From: Ascidiella aspersa
Lineage: Eukaryota
Length of the DNA stretch: 64,000 bases
Assembly: GCA_963924565.1 (NCBI GenBank)
Contig: OZ004609.1
Coordinates: forward strand, 24,614,001-24,678,000
Direction of reading: 5' to 3'
The position numbers were made by a program, and so were the translations under genes. Position 1 is the stretch's first letter, and every line of letters begins with the position of its first letter. Below the pieces are notes generated by a model. That model ran no database searches. It was not told where the DNA came from and worked only from the letters and a program-made list of their open reading frames with translations. Below, piece after piece: positions 15,501-27,500 of this stretch.

Positions 15501-18277
15501 TTGGCCGACTGTGGTTGAATTACATTTAGCCTTAGCTGAGCTTGGTTCAGTCGTTTTGCAGCTTGTTCAGTTACGGCCTTTTCTTGTGACTCGGTGGGTG
15601 TTAGATCCGGTGACGACTGGCTGTCGGCCCTTTTCGCTACCGACTGCCGGTTGAACTTTAATTGCTTCGGCGGCAACTTGGGTGGGCTGTTTTTAGGTGG
15701 CAAGGCAACAGAATCCTCACTCAAGTTTTCCTTTAGTTTCTTGTATTCAAACTCCAGTTCCCCGATTGCATTGCGAAATTCAGGATGGCCATGGCCCTTG
15801 CCGGCATTCTTATTCCGCCGAATTGTATCCGTCTCTTCGTAATTCGGCTGTATTTGAGGCTGCGGTGTCTTACCCGCCGCCATTATCTGCTGTGGACTGC
15901 TTTGCTTGAACATCGCCTTATCGTTGTTGCTGGCCTGCCTGGCGTTAGTATCAGCAGCAGTCAGGCCCGCTGACGTGTCACGCTGTCGAGCCAGCTCGGC
16001 CTTGATTTGCTGCTCTCTACGTTTCTCCTCTTGTTCTCGCTTCTGCCTCACCTTCTCCATGATATCCATGTTGTCGTAGTAGAGAATTTCTTCGTCGATG
16101 TCGCGCTGCTGTTTCGGCGGCGACTGCTGATCGTACGGAATGCTGACAGGGAAAGTGCCGACACTTTCGTTGGCAACGTCGCCTGGCCAAAACTGCTGCT
16201 GCTGCGGGGCGGCTCGTTCAGCCGTTTCGCCCGCCTGCTTCTGTCTGCTAATTTCCGCGCTCGACTGATCAGCTGAACTGTTTAAACTGCCAGTCGCGCT
16301 TCGCTGGACGCCGTTATCCCAAGACTGTTGTTTGCTAATTCCTCGCGTGCCCGCAGTGTCCTGAGGCGTAGCACGCTTCGAATCGATTCTCTGCGGGACT
16401 GCGGGTGCCCGATGGTTGCTGCCCAACCACGCCGTCGGTTGTTGACATGTTTTCGCCACGGAATCCTTTGGCTCTTTCGCGCTATTTTCGGAGAAACGCC
16501 CGCTTGTCGCTTCGCCAGGAATTCCATCATCTTGTGGCGGCTCGGGCGGCGGAGGTAGATCCGGCGGCGGGGGCAATTCGAGGTCGTCGTCGAACATCAG
16601 CGTTTGGTCATTGCTGGGCTTCGGGTAAGCGGGCATGGCAAATCGACTCTCGATCGCAAAAACCGCCTCGTGCGACAACTTGCCGACATTTGGCGACGAC
16701 TGCGAGTGCGGAAAGGCTGGAACGACTGGCTGCTGATGCTGGCCTAAGGCGGGCGAAGTCGGACCGTCTTTGAAGAACTTCTTCTTCTCGGTTGGCGAGA
16801 TGAGGGAGTTGATTAGCTTTGACTCGAACTCGTGCTCGTATCGGTTTTTCAGATCTTGCAGATTCTGCGACGCGTCGACTGTCTCGCGAGGGCGCTCGTG
16901 CTCCAGCGACCAGGGCTCCTGCTTGAGGTATTCCAGTTCGGATTTGGACGGTGAGGCCAGCAGATCGGGATTGTTTGCCAGGTAATCGCTGTCGTAAGTT
17001 TCGTCATCACCGAACGACTCGAGGTCTTTCATGTTTAGAATGTCGCGAAACAGCTCGTTGGCCGTGGGGTTCATCGTCCCGTTGTTCTCGCCATAAGGCG
17101 AATACAGACTTGTGGGGGGCGTGAACTTCGGGTCGGGTTCGGGCTTTTTAAACTTCATCTTCATTTTTTCAAAGCGCTGACGTATCTCGGACACAGGGGC
17201 TAGCGCTGGGTCGCTAGAGTCGATTGGTGGAGACAGAGGCTCCGGGGACGCGATGCCGTTGCTGATTTCCGATTTAATGGTGAGGGACGGCGGCCGGTGC
17301 TTTGGCTTGCTGGCCACTTTGGGCGGCAGTTTTCGGATATCCGGGGCTTGAGGCGCGGCGATAAAGACCGGGCTCTCCATTGGAGTCGGCGGTGATTGCG
17401 GAGCACTGTTAGATGACCTCGGACTCAACGCTGCATTGCCGCTCGATTTCGTCGAAACGGAGCTCTGGCTACCTTGCTTTGGAACGTGCGCGTCAAAGGT
17501 CGTCACTTGTTTAGATTTTGTATTCCCGTTTGGCGCACTCACCTTCCTTATTCCTGTCGGGTTAAAGCGGAATATTCCTTCGCCGCTTGTAGGCGCCGAC
17601 TTGACTTGATCGGCGCTGTTCGGTCGCAGACTCTTAGGCTTCGGTGCCACAAACGGCTTTGGCGATAGAATCGACGGCTTGCTGAGCGTCGGCTTTAAGC
17701 TTCTGGGCAAAGTCAGCGATTGTACACGGTTGAGCTTACTGCCCTTGTTGCTGCTGTTGTTTTGGTTCGTGGAGAACCTATTCGCGCTGCCTGAAGCCTC
17801 TTGCTGCCCTGTAACAGCGCTGCTGCTGCTAATGCTGACGTTGCTTGACGGTTCGCTGTAGGCGTTTGACTGATTGCGATCTGTCGCTCGCGCGTTGGGA
17901 TGATGCTGCACTGTCAGATCGAAGCGACCGCCATCGATTCGGCCAGCACCGGCGGCGGCCCCCGGTGCGGAATCGCGTTTTTCCAGCGACTGGGCACTCA
18001 GGCGCGACCGTTCACGCGCCGCTGCATTCAGCGCGAGTACCTGCTGCTGGTGCTGGTGCTGGTGATGCGGCTGCTGTTCCGTTTGTTTTTGTTCCTGGCC
18101 AGCGCCCACGGCTACTCGCCGCTGCCAAACGTCGTGGCCGTCATCGAGAGCGTAGCTCCTCGCTGCGCCCGAGGAGGAGTGAGAGTGGGAGGCGGAGGAA
18201 GAGCGACGAGGCAAAGTAGTAGCGCCCCTGTTTATCTCGAGCGGCGCGCGAGCCAGCACCTCTACCGAGCTCGTCAT
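533..18277 (-). CDS. Large multi-exon gene, >2200 aa of Ser/Pro/Gln/Arg-rich, predicted disordered protein; 3' end lies outside the window; product unidentified
   Basis: Coding exons with GT-AG boundaries and consistent phases: 18277-14227 (first ATG after an in-frame TAG), 12412-10867, 10591-10334, 9575-9283, 4445-4330, 2723-2536, 736-533. Includes the 1364-aa and 497-aa ORFs. GC-rich codon usage. No recognisable folded domain within the window. Confidence 0.85.
5080..5433. repeat. GACTT-rich interspersed repeat, probable non-autonomous DNA transposon remnant
   Basis: Multiple GACTTGAC motifs ending in ...CAACACTG; similar tracts at ~31397-32200 and, inverted, at ~44622-44980. Left boundary approximate. 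Confidence 0.5.
9710..9973. mobile_element. hAT-type MITE
   Basis: Termini CAGTGGTCGTCAACCT / AGGTTGGAGACCACTG; near-identical 8-bp flanks CTTTAAAG / CGTTAAAG. Confidence 0.8.
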
Positions 18278-19171
18278 CGCGCCGTTCAATTTCCTCTATT
18301 GTCTGGTGCTGGTCTGAAGCCGTTGCGGAATGCGTCGCAGCGGCTACGGCGATGCGGTGCGTCTAAAGACGCCTTTCCTTGGTGCGTAGCTGGATTGTCA
18401 CAGGACAACCTTCGGCATAAACGGAAGTAACGTTCTCGAGTGGGCACAGTTTAATTTTAGTAATGTGTTAAATTTCGTGCCGGCGTCACCGGACAGATGG
18501 CAACGTTCTTTGGCACTTTTTGGCCACACCTTATGTTGCTTGTCCGCTAACCTTCAAAGACAAACAGTTAAATTATAGGATGTATTAATACTTTGCGTCC
18601 ATTTTACGAAAATATGGAAAACAACGGGTTTAAAAAGATTTTACCATTAAGCAGAATGAAAGATGGCAATTAAATATATCTTTACTAAAAATACGTTGAT
18701 TTGCCCCAATCGAAGTACGACAATTATTATTCAATTATTATTGGCAGTAAAGCTCGTGCAAAAATCCATACAAAATGACCTGACACAATGTAATAGTGTT
18801 TTAGGCCTGAACCACACACAATGTAATAGTGTTTCGTCCCTGCAATGTAAAGAGGCCGAAATTAGAGGTAAGAGAATGCACAAATTGGAAAATAACCCCA
18901 CGACCGTGTTTACGAGGAAAGCGGTTTAGGGCGTTTCTCACAACGCCAAGGTATAGCAGTGCCTTGTTTTGTGGTTAGCGGACACCCAAACACCGACAAA
19001 GGAAGTTTAGTGAATGAATCACCACACGAAAACAGCAAAAATGTTTCAGGTTTTAGGTCTTTTCTGCAACTAAGGCAATAAAGCAAACAACCAAGCGAAG
19101 ATTCATATTCTGTTAGTTGATGTGCGATAAAAAATTTATTGCCGCGTTTGTGTTGCAACTGATCCATTTAC

Positions 19172-19283
19172 TTTGGGTTTTCAGTCACATTAACTGAAGA
19201 TGATACAAGCTCGTATCGAAACGTCTTAATTATCAAGATGATGACGATCTACTCGACCTTTTTGGCTTTGCAATTTATTATCA
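19172..19283 (+). mobile_element. 112-bp hammerhead-bearing insert (Penelope-like pLTR fragment or retrozyme-like element)
   Basis: Flanked by a perfect 12-bp direct repeat TGATCCATTTAC (19160-19171 and 19284-19295); a homologous decayed copy lies at ~21436-21528. Confidence 0.8.
19189..19230 (+). ncRNA. Minimal type I hammerhead ribozyme
   Basis: Stem I ATTAA/TTAAT, core CTGAAGA(T), stem II GATAC-aagctc-GTATC, GAAA, palindromic ACGT stem III, GUC cleavage triplet (predicted cut after 19225). Confidence 0.8.
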
Positions 19284-19365
19284 TGATCCATTTACGTTGT
19301 TAAAAAAATAATATTGTTTTTAAATTTGAATGTGACGCTCTAAATAAATTTTAGGTAACCTAGGT

Positions 19366-19701
19366 CAGTGGTCTCCAACCTGTGGGTCGCCTAAAATTAT
19401 TGTGGGGTCCCCATAACTCACCATATTCCATCTATTTTAGTACGATTTATGCCTCTGTCCGACTCTTATGTAATTTTGTTTTGAACTACAAAACTTCCTA
19501 AAGGCAATCTTTTTGGTTCACATATTTAAGCCACAGTTCTCAGGAATTGTTTATACATTACGCATGTTCGCTCGTGTTACTTTGTTCCAGAATTATTTGA
19601 AATATTTCATTTGTATCTGAAAACAAATGGGGTCGCAATGTAAATTCTGATTTAATGTTATGTAAATTTGGGTCGCTTATTAAAAAGGTTGGAGGCCACT
19701 G
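19366..19701. mobile_element. hAT-type MITE (336 bp)
   Basis: TIR CAGTGGTCTCCAACCT / AGGTTGGAGGCCACTG; perfect 8-bp TSD ACCTAGGT. Confidence 0.9.
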
Positions 19702-21435
19702 ACCTAGGTGACGCGCAAAGACCGATCACGCACGACTGCTCAAATTAAAACGAAATCTGGCATATCATTTTGAGTTTTAAAAACGCAAACTATTTGATAC
19801 CAATGGGCTGGAAACGTAATTGAGAAATGAGCACCATTTTCGCAATGAGACAACAGAGCAGTGCGCAACTCTACCTCCATCTAGCGGACCAAATAAAATA
19901 AACATTATTAGTCATCTTTTCTAATGTCTCGAGTACAAGGGCAACCTCTAAAACGCGTTAATAGCGAGTCCCGACCACAGAGTCGATTTGGTTCACACGA
20001 AGCGCAAGAGATGTTTGCGTTCGACTTAGAAACCGTTTACGGTCGACATTATTGACCTGTTTTTTCGGCTTTGCTTAAAAACAAAAACCTATTTTTGGAA
20101 CAGCGAAATTGTAACGAGAAGTCGGGGTAACATTTAAGGCAATGACAGATGATACGGCGGGTCAATAATCATACAAACTAACTTGAATGTAAATTGTGTA
20201 AAGTGTAAATCATATTGTGAGTACAAACCCGATGTCGCTCGTTTCTTTGAAAAATATATTTTGTGGTTTTACGAAAATTTGCTATAAATAAACATATGCA
20301 GTTGGCCTACTACGCCTTGGAGAGTAACCTAACAACTTCGTGATTGCTCGTATATTTAATAAGGTGAACATTGCTTAACTTTTGCGTAAAACGATCCTCA
20401 CCTTCAGTGGAACACATTGCTTAGTTTCATGAGAAACATTTTTTACTTCAACGAAACACAATGCACTGCATAACTTGCACAACGGAAAACTGTTCTTAAC
20501 TTAAACTAAACATGTTGATTAACTGTACCAGAAAACTATCTCTAACTTTAACGATTCTTAACTATAAAGGGCGCGCTGCTCGAATTCATCCGAAAACGAT
20601 GTATAAACTTAATGTAACACGATGCTTGACTTCAAGTTATTTCTTGTTCGCATTCCATGAAATACGACCACCAAACAAAAGCATTCCGCGGTTTCGACAT
20701 GGGTGTTTCAGGCTAACCGCAGTTTTCATCTGAGTTTAGACCTTAACGGTTCAGTGGCTTCTTATGCCTGTAATTAATTGCTCGAAACACCGAAATAAAA
20801 GCAAACAAGTGTTTTGATATACTACAACCTTACTTTGTCATCTGGAAAAAAAGTTGTTTAGCAATGGACTATACTTATCGATAGTTCTACAATCTCAAAG
20901 CAAATCACTATTTTTTAGAAATCTATTGCATAATATATAAATAAATTAGACTACACGCCTTACTTCAACCTTTTTACGTTACGATAGAGAAGTTTACCGC
21001 ATTTTTTTTGTCTTCCCAAACTAGGTCTACTCATCGACCAAAACCTACACATTACTAACCGCAAATGAAATTGGACGTTGGTCAACTACGAAATTTGACC
21101 ACGTAGCCAACAACACGGCAACGACAACACACACAAAACCCAACCCCGGTCGACCTTGCCCGGGTAACCATATTGTGACGTCACAATCGGTCGGGGACAA
21201 AAAGCACCTCGAGTAGGCAGCGTTGGGGCGTCGCTCGCGTGACAAGGGCGGCGGGATTCGGTGGCACTCTTGTTTCGGCGTGATTGCAATTAAACTGCAT
21301 CTCGCTTTGTCCTGGTCGAGAGGCGAGAGCTTGGGTTTCGCTTCTCCTGGAAAACTATTCGCTCCGGTAACGAGGCGGATTTGCCTGGAATTCGCGCGTC
21401 GCGACGGAATACTTCTGTTACTGTTGTAAGCGAGG

Positions 21436-21528
21436 TTTGGCTATATTTCGGTCACATTAACTGACGATGATACAAGTTTGTATCGACGTTGATTTACTCA
21501 ATTTTTTTGGCTTTGGCATTCATTATCA
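21436..21528 (+). repeat. Decayed copy of the hammerhead-bearing element
   Basis: GTCACATTAACTGACGATGATACAAGTTTGTATCGA ... TTTTTGGCTTTG ... TTATCA aligns to 19172-19283, but the GAAA core and 3' stem I are deleted. Confidence 0.7.
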
Positions 21529-24500
21529 AGCTAGAAAACACTTTCATTACTTTCTAGTAATTAATAATATGTCCAGGGCAGTTGTTTCGGGCCAGGCCGC
21601 GGTACCCAAGCTTGACTTAACCTCTAAAAAACCTATAATTAAAGAATGTATTTTAAAATTGCACTTAAGGTAGCTGACGCTCTTTAATTAAAACATGACT
21701 AGTAAAACTAAATTCAGAAAAGAATTCGAGGAAAATACTTGATCAGACTATAGACCATTTTAAATGTTGATTTAAATAACTAACCGTTAAGATTCTGAAC
21801 GAATCAAGTTTCAAATCGATATCCAAACACTCAAAATATATAATAGCCAACTGCGGACTAAATTTCTAACAATTGTGGAGATACCGACTGTTGACTTTCT
21901 AATCACTCTCTAAATAAAACTGCATTCAAACATGGCACACGGCCGACCTTCAATCGCCAATAAACGACTTTTAAGTGCGACAACTTGGCTCCAACTCAGT
22001 CAACCTTGCGTTTGCACTCACCCACCACCGCGCTCCAGTTTATATCGAAACCTAAAGCGACCGCCTCCGCCGCCAGAAGCCACCGCAGCAGCAGGTAAAG
22101 GCAGAAAGGCCACGAAAACAAGCGCCAGGTCACTTCGCCCGGGCCCATACAGAATCAAGTGGCCGCTTCACTATACAACGTTCGCCCCTTTTGACCCGAG
22201 AAGTAGCGTCAACGCGCCCGTGACGAGCAACGAAAAGCCACGGACAGCAAGAGCAATAGCGCAGTCAAAAAAGCTGTTGATCGGTCGCGCAATTGAAAAC
22301 AGATAACCCCGAAACTTGTCGGCGACAAAGGACGTAGGCACTGGACTGTGCCGCTCGCCTGTTGACGGCCAGGCACGGATGGGCGCATCGAAATGCGTTT
22401 CCCACGACTATATTATGCTGTGCTTGTGCGCGACCGAGACGCGCATTATTCTATTAGTGCCGACCCGCCAACGGGCGGCGTTCACGATAATTTCTTGCCG
22501 TCGAAACACTGCCGGGTTTTGCGACAAATAATTATGCACGGGTGGTGGCATTCGGCGGGTTCTAAAAGGCGGGCCATACAGTTGAAAAGCTTGGCTTTTC
22601 TTTCAAGGTTGACTCGATTTTATTTACCGGACACCTTTAATCTGACGCTGGAATATAATGTTCGTATTATAACGACGCGATAAACGATATTTCCCTAGCC
22701 GCAGCAACACGACGTCGGGGTAACATAACTGGCGGACATCTGCCTATTTAGAACTTTACTCACAACATTTTACTTTCAAGTGTAGATAAGTTACGGGAAA
22801 GGGCAACCTTAAATTGTGATCTAAACACAAAGTAAAGCGATGCCGCTCTCTTCACGTCTTAAAAACAGCTTTACATCAATCACAAAAAGACTGAGTTTCA
22901 GAAGATGAAACGGCCAACACAAACTGTAATATATTTACGAGTGAGCGATGCCACTCCCCCTAAGTCACATATCACCTGCTGAAACAGCTTTGCGTCAATC
23001 ACGAAAGTGCAGAGCTTCGGCAGATTTTGCAGAAGCTTTAACAACGGCGTTACTGTTACTGTTGTGACAACACCTTAAGTAACGTCTTCTCAGGTAAGGG
23101 GCCAAACCCAAAATATGGGTGACAAATCACGCGTAAAGGATCTGTGTTTTGACTGTACTTATTGCAGAGGTGCTACAGTGTGTTATTTTGACACTACTAA
23201 TACCAGTTGACAAGACTACTTAGAAGGTTAGCCTATAAACCTCCGCGTACAGCTTGTCGATGACAAACGCTTGGTACCAATTTCTAAATTTATTTCGTCA
23301 TAATAGGATGTGCCCGGTCTTTGGAAAGGCATAAACCAGTGGACACTGTTACTTAACCCTAGATAACTTGATTTTCTATTAAATCGATAAATCGGCTTTT
23401 GAGACACCATGAAGTTCTTACACAATATTTGACACACATTGATACTACGACTCTAATTCGATAAATAAATAGTGATATGAAATAACAAAACCCGAACCAT
23501 TTTATATAATAGTCACGTGTTGTCATTGTTTATTAGTTTTTATACCGACGATTAAGTTTACTATCATTACAAAGTTTGGATGGAAATAGTTTTAACAGAT
23601 TTAGTGCTTCGACCAGAGCTTTTGTAAATTGCGCGACCACTTTAATCAAATACATAAATTTAAGTTTAATTGACATCACGTTATTTGGAACCTGCACAAA
23701 GGCTTCGCTAAAATCTAAACAGTCGCAAACTTTTTATTTATTTAATGAAACGATAAAGCTTGTCCCAGCAACGCGCTCAAAAGATTTGCTGCTTTGCGTT
23801 CTTGACAAGCACAAATCAATTTCCACTTTTCAATTGTTGCTCCACAATCAAAACAACAAGACACGCGCAGATGCCTACAGTCAAGTCAAAGAACTTGCGC
23901 CGGAATTAAATTTGAGACGTTACACCACAGAATACAATCGCCACAATAGCAGGGTCCCTATCTTCAGAAATACCCGTCCTTTTCAAAACCAGTCGCGATC
24001 TGAACATAAAGAAGCGTGGTTCTCTTATCAATCTAGGTGTAAAGTGCTCAGTGCGATGTCGCATTTCGGTATAACGTTCTCGGCATAAACATCTTAATGA
24101 AATCAATTGCTATAGAAAATTATGGTTATTTTACAAATAGTTAAATAAGTTTAAAAACGTAGATTCAGCAAACAAAGCTGTTGCGGCCAGGGTTCAGCCT
24201 GCCTGGCTGACTCATTTCATTCGAATATAGGTGATACCCAAAGCGATTTTTTTGTGAACCGTATTATCAATATACCAATTCTTAAACCTTAGTCCTACAC
24301 TTTTTTAAATACAAAATATATTTTGCTTCCCTGCTTGTTGCGTTGGTTTTAAACTATGCTCTTCCGTTTCGGAAAGAACTGAGCAAGTCGCACTTGTAGT
24401 TCTGAATGTTATTCCCGATTCAAAAACATGCCTAAATGGACTGTATTGTAATGCATGCCTAAAGCTTGCTTCTATAGATCTACTGCCTTTGCATTAAATT

Positions 24501-27500
24501 TAGCGTAAAAACATACTGAAAAAAATACTGAAAAAAGAAAAGAAATTGATTGACATGACCCTCGACATGCAAAAGCAACAACCACGTTCCTAGCTGCCTG
24601 TGGTAAGCTCCCAACAAGTCTCCACCTAATATGCGCGATTGGAAATCGAATCAATCCTGAGGCAGCAGAATTCGCTCGCTCCACCTTGTCAGCCGATTCG
24701 GACAGGCCGGGGCAAACAAAATTACCGTCGCGGGATCCAACGCTATCCAAACAAACCACGTCGGATCGCGCTGCGCGACGCTGAAAAAGGAACCAAACTC
24801 AACAAATTCAGCTGCACCTAGCAGAGCTCGGCGACCACCAACCTCCGTTCTGGGCGTCTCCCGTGTTCACACCTAAGAGCCCAGGGTCAATAGGCTCGTC
24901 GCAAATGACCGTTTGATTACACACCGTGCCTCGACCGACGGCGCGCCTTATGCGGCAATGTGTACGCTGCTACGAGGAATTCTTTGCATTGTTTATCAGT
25001 CGCCTGGCCGCCCAATCTTTTCTGTCGCCTTCCCTAAAAGCCGCGTCCGGGCGGTGCGTGCGATTTTATTGTGCTGCTGCTGTCTGTCGCCGCTGCGACG
25101 AAGGAAACCGCGGGATCAAATCCACGCTTGCTTGCTAGCGGCGAGAATTTCCCCGTCAATTGGCATCGGCAATAGAAAACAGAGGAAGTACCCCTAAACC
25201 AAATAGTTAAAGAAATACGTATCACTTCCAGAGCTGGCCAACGGCTTATCCCTTTCAGTATCTTTCCAGCACCATTTCATAACTTAAAAAAGCCTTTATA
25301 GTTTTCTTATAACTTAGCTGCCCACTTCGATCAATTAGTCTTATTTTTTTGCATATATTTATCGGTAAAGTGCCATAAAAGCTCCGAAGTGTCAGAGTTT
25401 TTGAAATATAAAACCCTAAAATCGTTACACAAGTGACCTCACTCATATATTCAAGCGTTTCCGCCATTCCATCCTATATCACCTTAGGTATCGATCATTA
25501 TAAATCGTATCTCAAAATGGGAACGACTCAGAACCGGCCTGTGGTAAGCTTGTAAACAACCCATCATTTAAACGCGATGCGACCGATGCGTCATCCTTTA
25601 ACTGTCGCTGTAAATGCGATTGCTGCTGTAAAGAGATACGACAATTTCGTCCAATAATGCCCAAAGCGACGCTGTTGTCAACGCTTTGTTTATTTATTTT
25701 TCTCTGTAACCACATATGCGTGTCCAACTGTCCATGCAACTGGTAGAATGGGATGACTACATCTGCTAATAGTTGGGGATGACTACATCTGCTAAAACAC
25801 TTACAGCTTATAATCTTTATAATCTTTTATTTTTGGGGTATACTGACGAAGATTTACGCGCTCAACATAAATAATAGTTTCAAATGTACGTCATAATATA
25901 GCAGATGCGCACCCTGTCGTAAATCTTACTTTTGTTGCACTTTGTCTAGTACTAACATTGCCCTGCAATGTACGACGGGCGATTTATGATTGCAGAGGTG
26001 CATGGGTGACTGTGTGTCTCACTGGACCAACTGCTTGTCAGTGGGTTTTAACAGCAACGACGGCAAGACACAACAGATCGATGCGTGTCCTTTCTATCGA
26101 TGTCGCAAAAGGCCAACTCCAGTCAAAAACAAAAAGATGGAAATCGCCCCGAGGTCTGATATCGATTAAAGAGATCTCTTTCCGTCAAAGCAATTTAAAA
26201 AGATAGGCCAGCATTCCATCGAAGAAATTAACGTCTAAGACGCGGATTACGTTTCCAAACTAAACCGGGTAAAGATGCTTTTGTTGACGTTGTTGCGGAT
26301 GTTTTGCAAAAACGAGTGCAATAGGCTATACCGTGCAACTTCCACTGCCTCCTGTAAAACGTAAGAGATCATAAATTTTAGGCTCGCTTTTCTGCTGACG
26401 CTGAACGCCAGCGAAAGGACGTAAGCGGACACTACAGAAGGCTCATAAAAAATTAAAATACAGCTTCGCCTTTCAGTTAAGAACGGTTTGTAGGCGGTAT
26501 TGCTTAGCCTCGCATATTAGCATTGTTTGTCACCATTTACATGAACTTATCTACCACTTCCGAGGCCACTTGTCCTTATCAGCACTCGAAAGAATTCTTT
26601 GCAAAACGAATTATGTTTAATCGACACACAAACGGCTGCGATTACAGTTTCCTCAATCTACCGACTGTTACGTGTCTTAATTGAGAATCCTACATTCTAC
26701 TCACAAACGCTTATCTCTTAATTTGATCATAAATTAATCTAAAATACGTCGATAAGTATTTGAAGCAAAATTGCAGCAGTAACCATTTTAATACTTTTCG
26801 CTTTGCTATTTTACATGCCAGTCAAACGCACAAATTACACAGCAAAGCCTGAAACCTAGCTAGACTGAAATTAAAGTAACAGGTGCGTTTTAATCCACAT
26901 TATCATATGCGTTGTATTCTACGAAGGGCTGCATTCCTGGATGGTAGAGTTAATTGTCATGTAACTTTGGATAAACCTATTGCAAAACATTTACTTAATA
27001 AACGGCTGACATAACTTTCGACTACCTGTTGCAACTAAAAATTGTAGACTAACCCTTTATTTACCAACAAATTCTGTTTGCTATTTGCCGCTAAATATTG
27101 TTCTCATCGAAACTTTCAGCAGTGGCGAAGAAACCTACACAGTCGATATCAAAAAACAGTAAACAGCACCTTACTGCGTGCGGACAACACACGGTTCCTC
27201 TTTGACCTGCAAGATTCACTATACAAAGGCGCGCCCGCCCGCCTCCCTGGCTGACTGGACTAAACACACACACGTGGATAGACTACAAAGAAGGGAAAGC
27301 GCGCGGCGACGTCCGCTCGGAAACATATATTTTACGTTCGTCTCGAAAAACGCACCTACTCGAATAGGCCGCGGAGGGTCAATAGAAAGCCAACTTATTT
27401 TTCAGCGGGCGGCGTTTGAATGTCCTTTTCCGAGTCGCCAGACATCGCGTAAGTGAAAAGCAGCTGTGTCCACCGATTGCTGTTAGGGGCACAGAAGAGG

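Noticed and set aside
10891-18430. Numerous plus-strand ORFs of up to 176 aa
   Set aside because: Antisense shadows of the GC-rich minus-strand exons.
18783-18833. Short local duplications (also ~25750-25795, ~32442-32507, ~42228-42271, ~55434-55471, ~57250-57281)
   Set aside because: Ordinary 14-20 bp slippage or repair duplications with no further structure.
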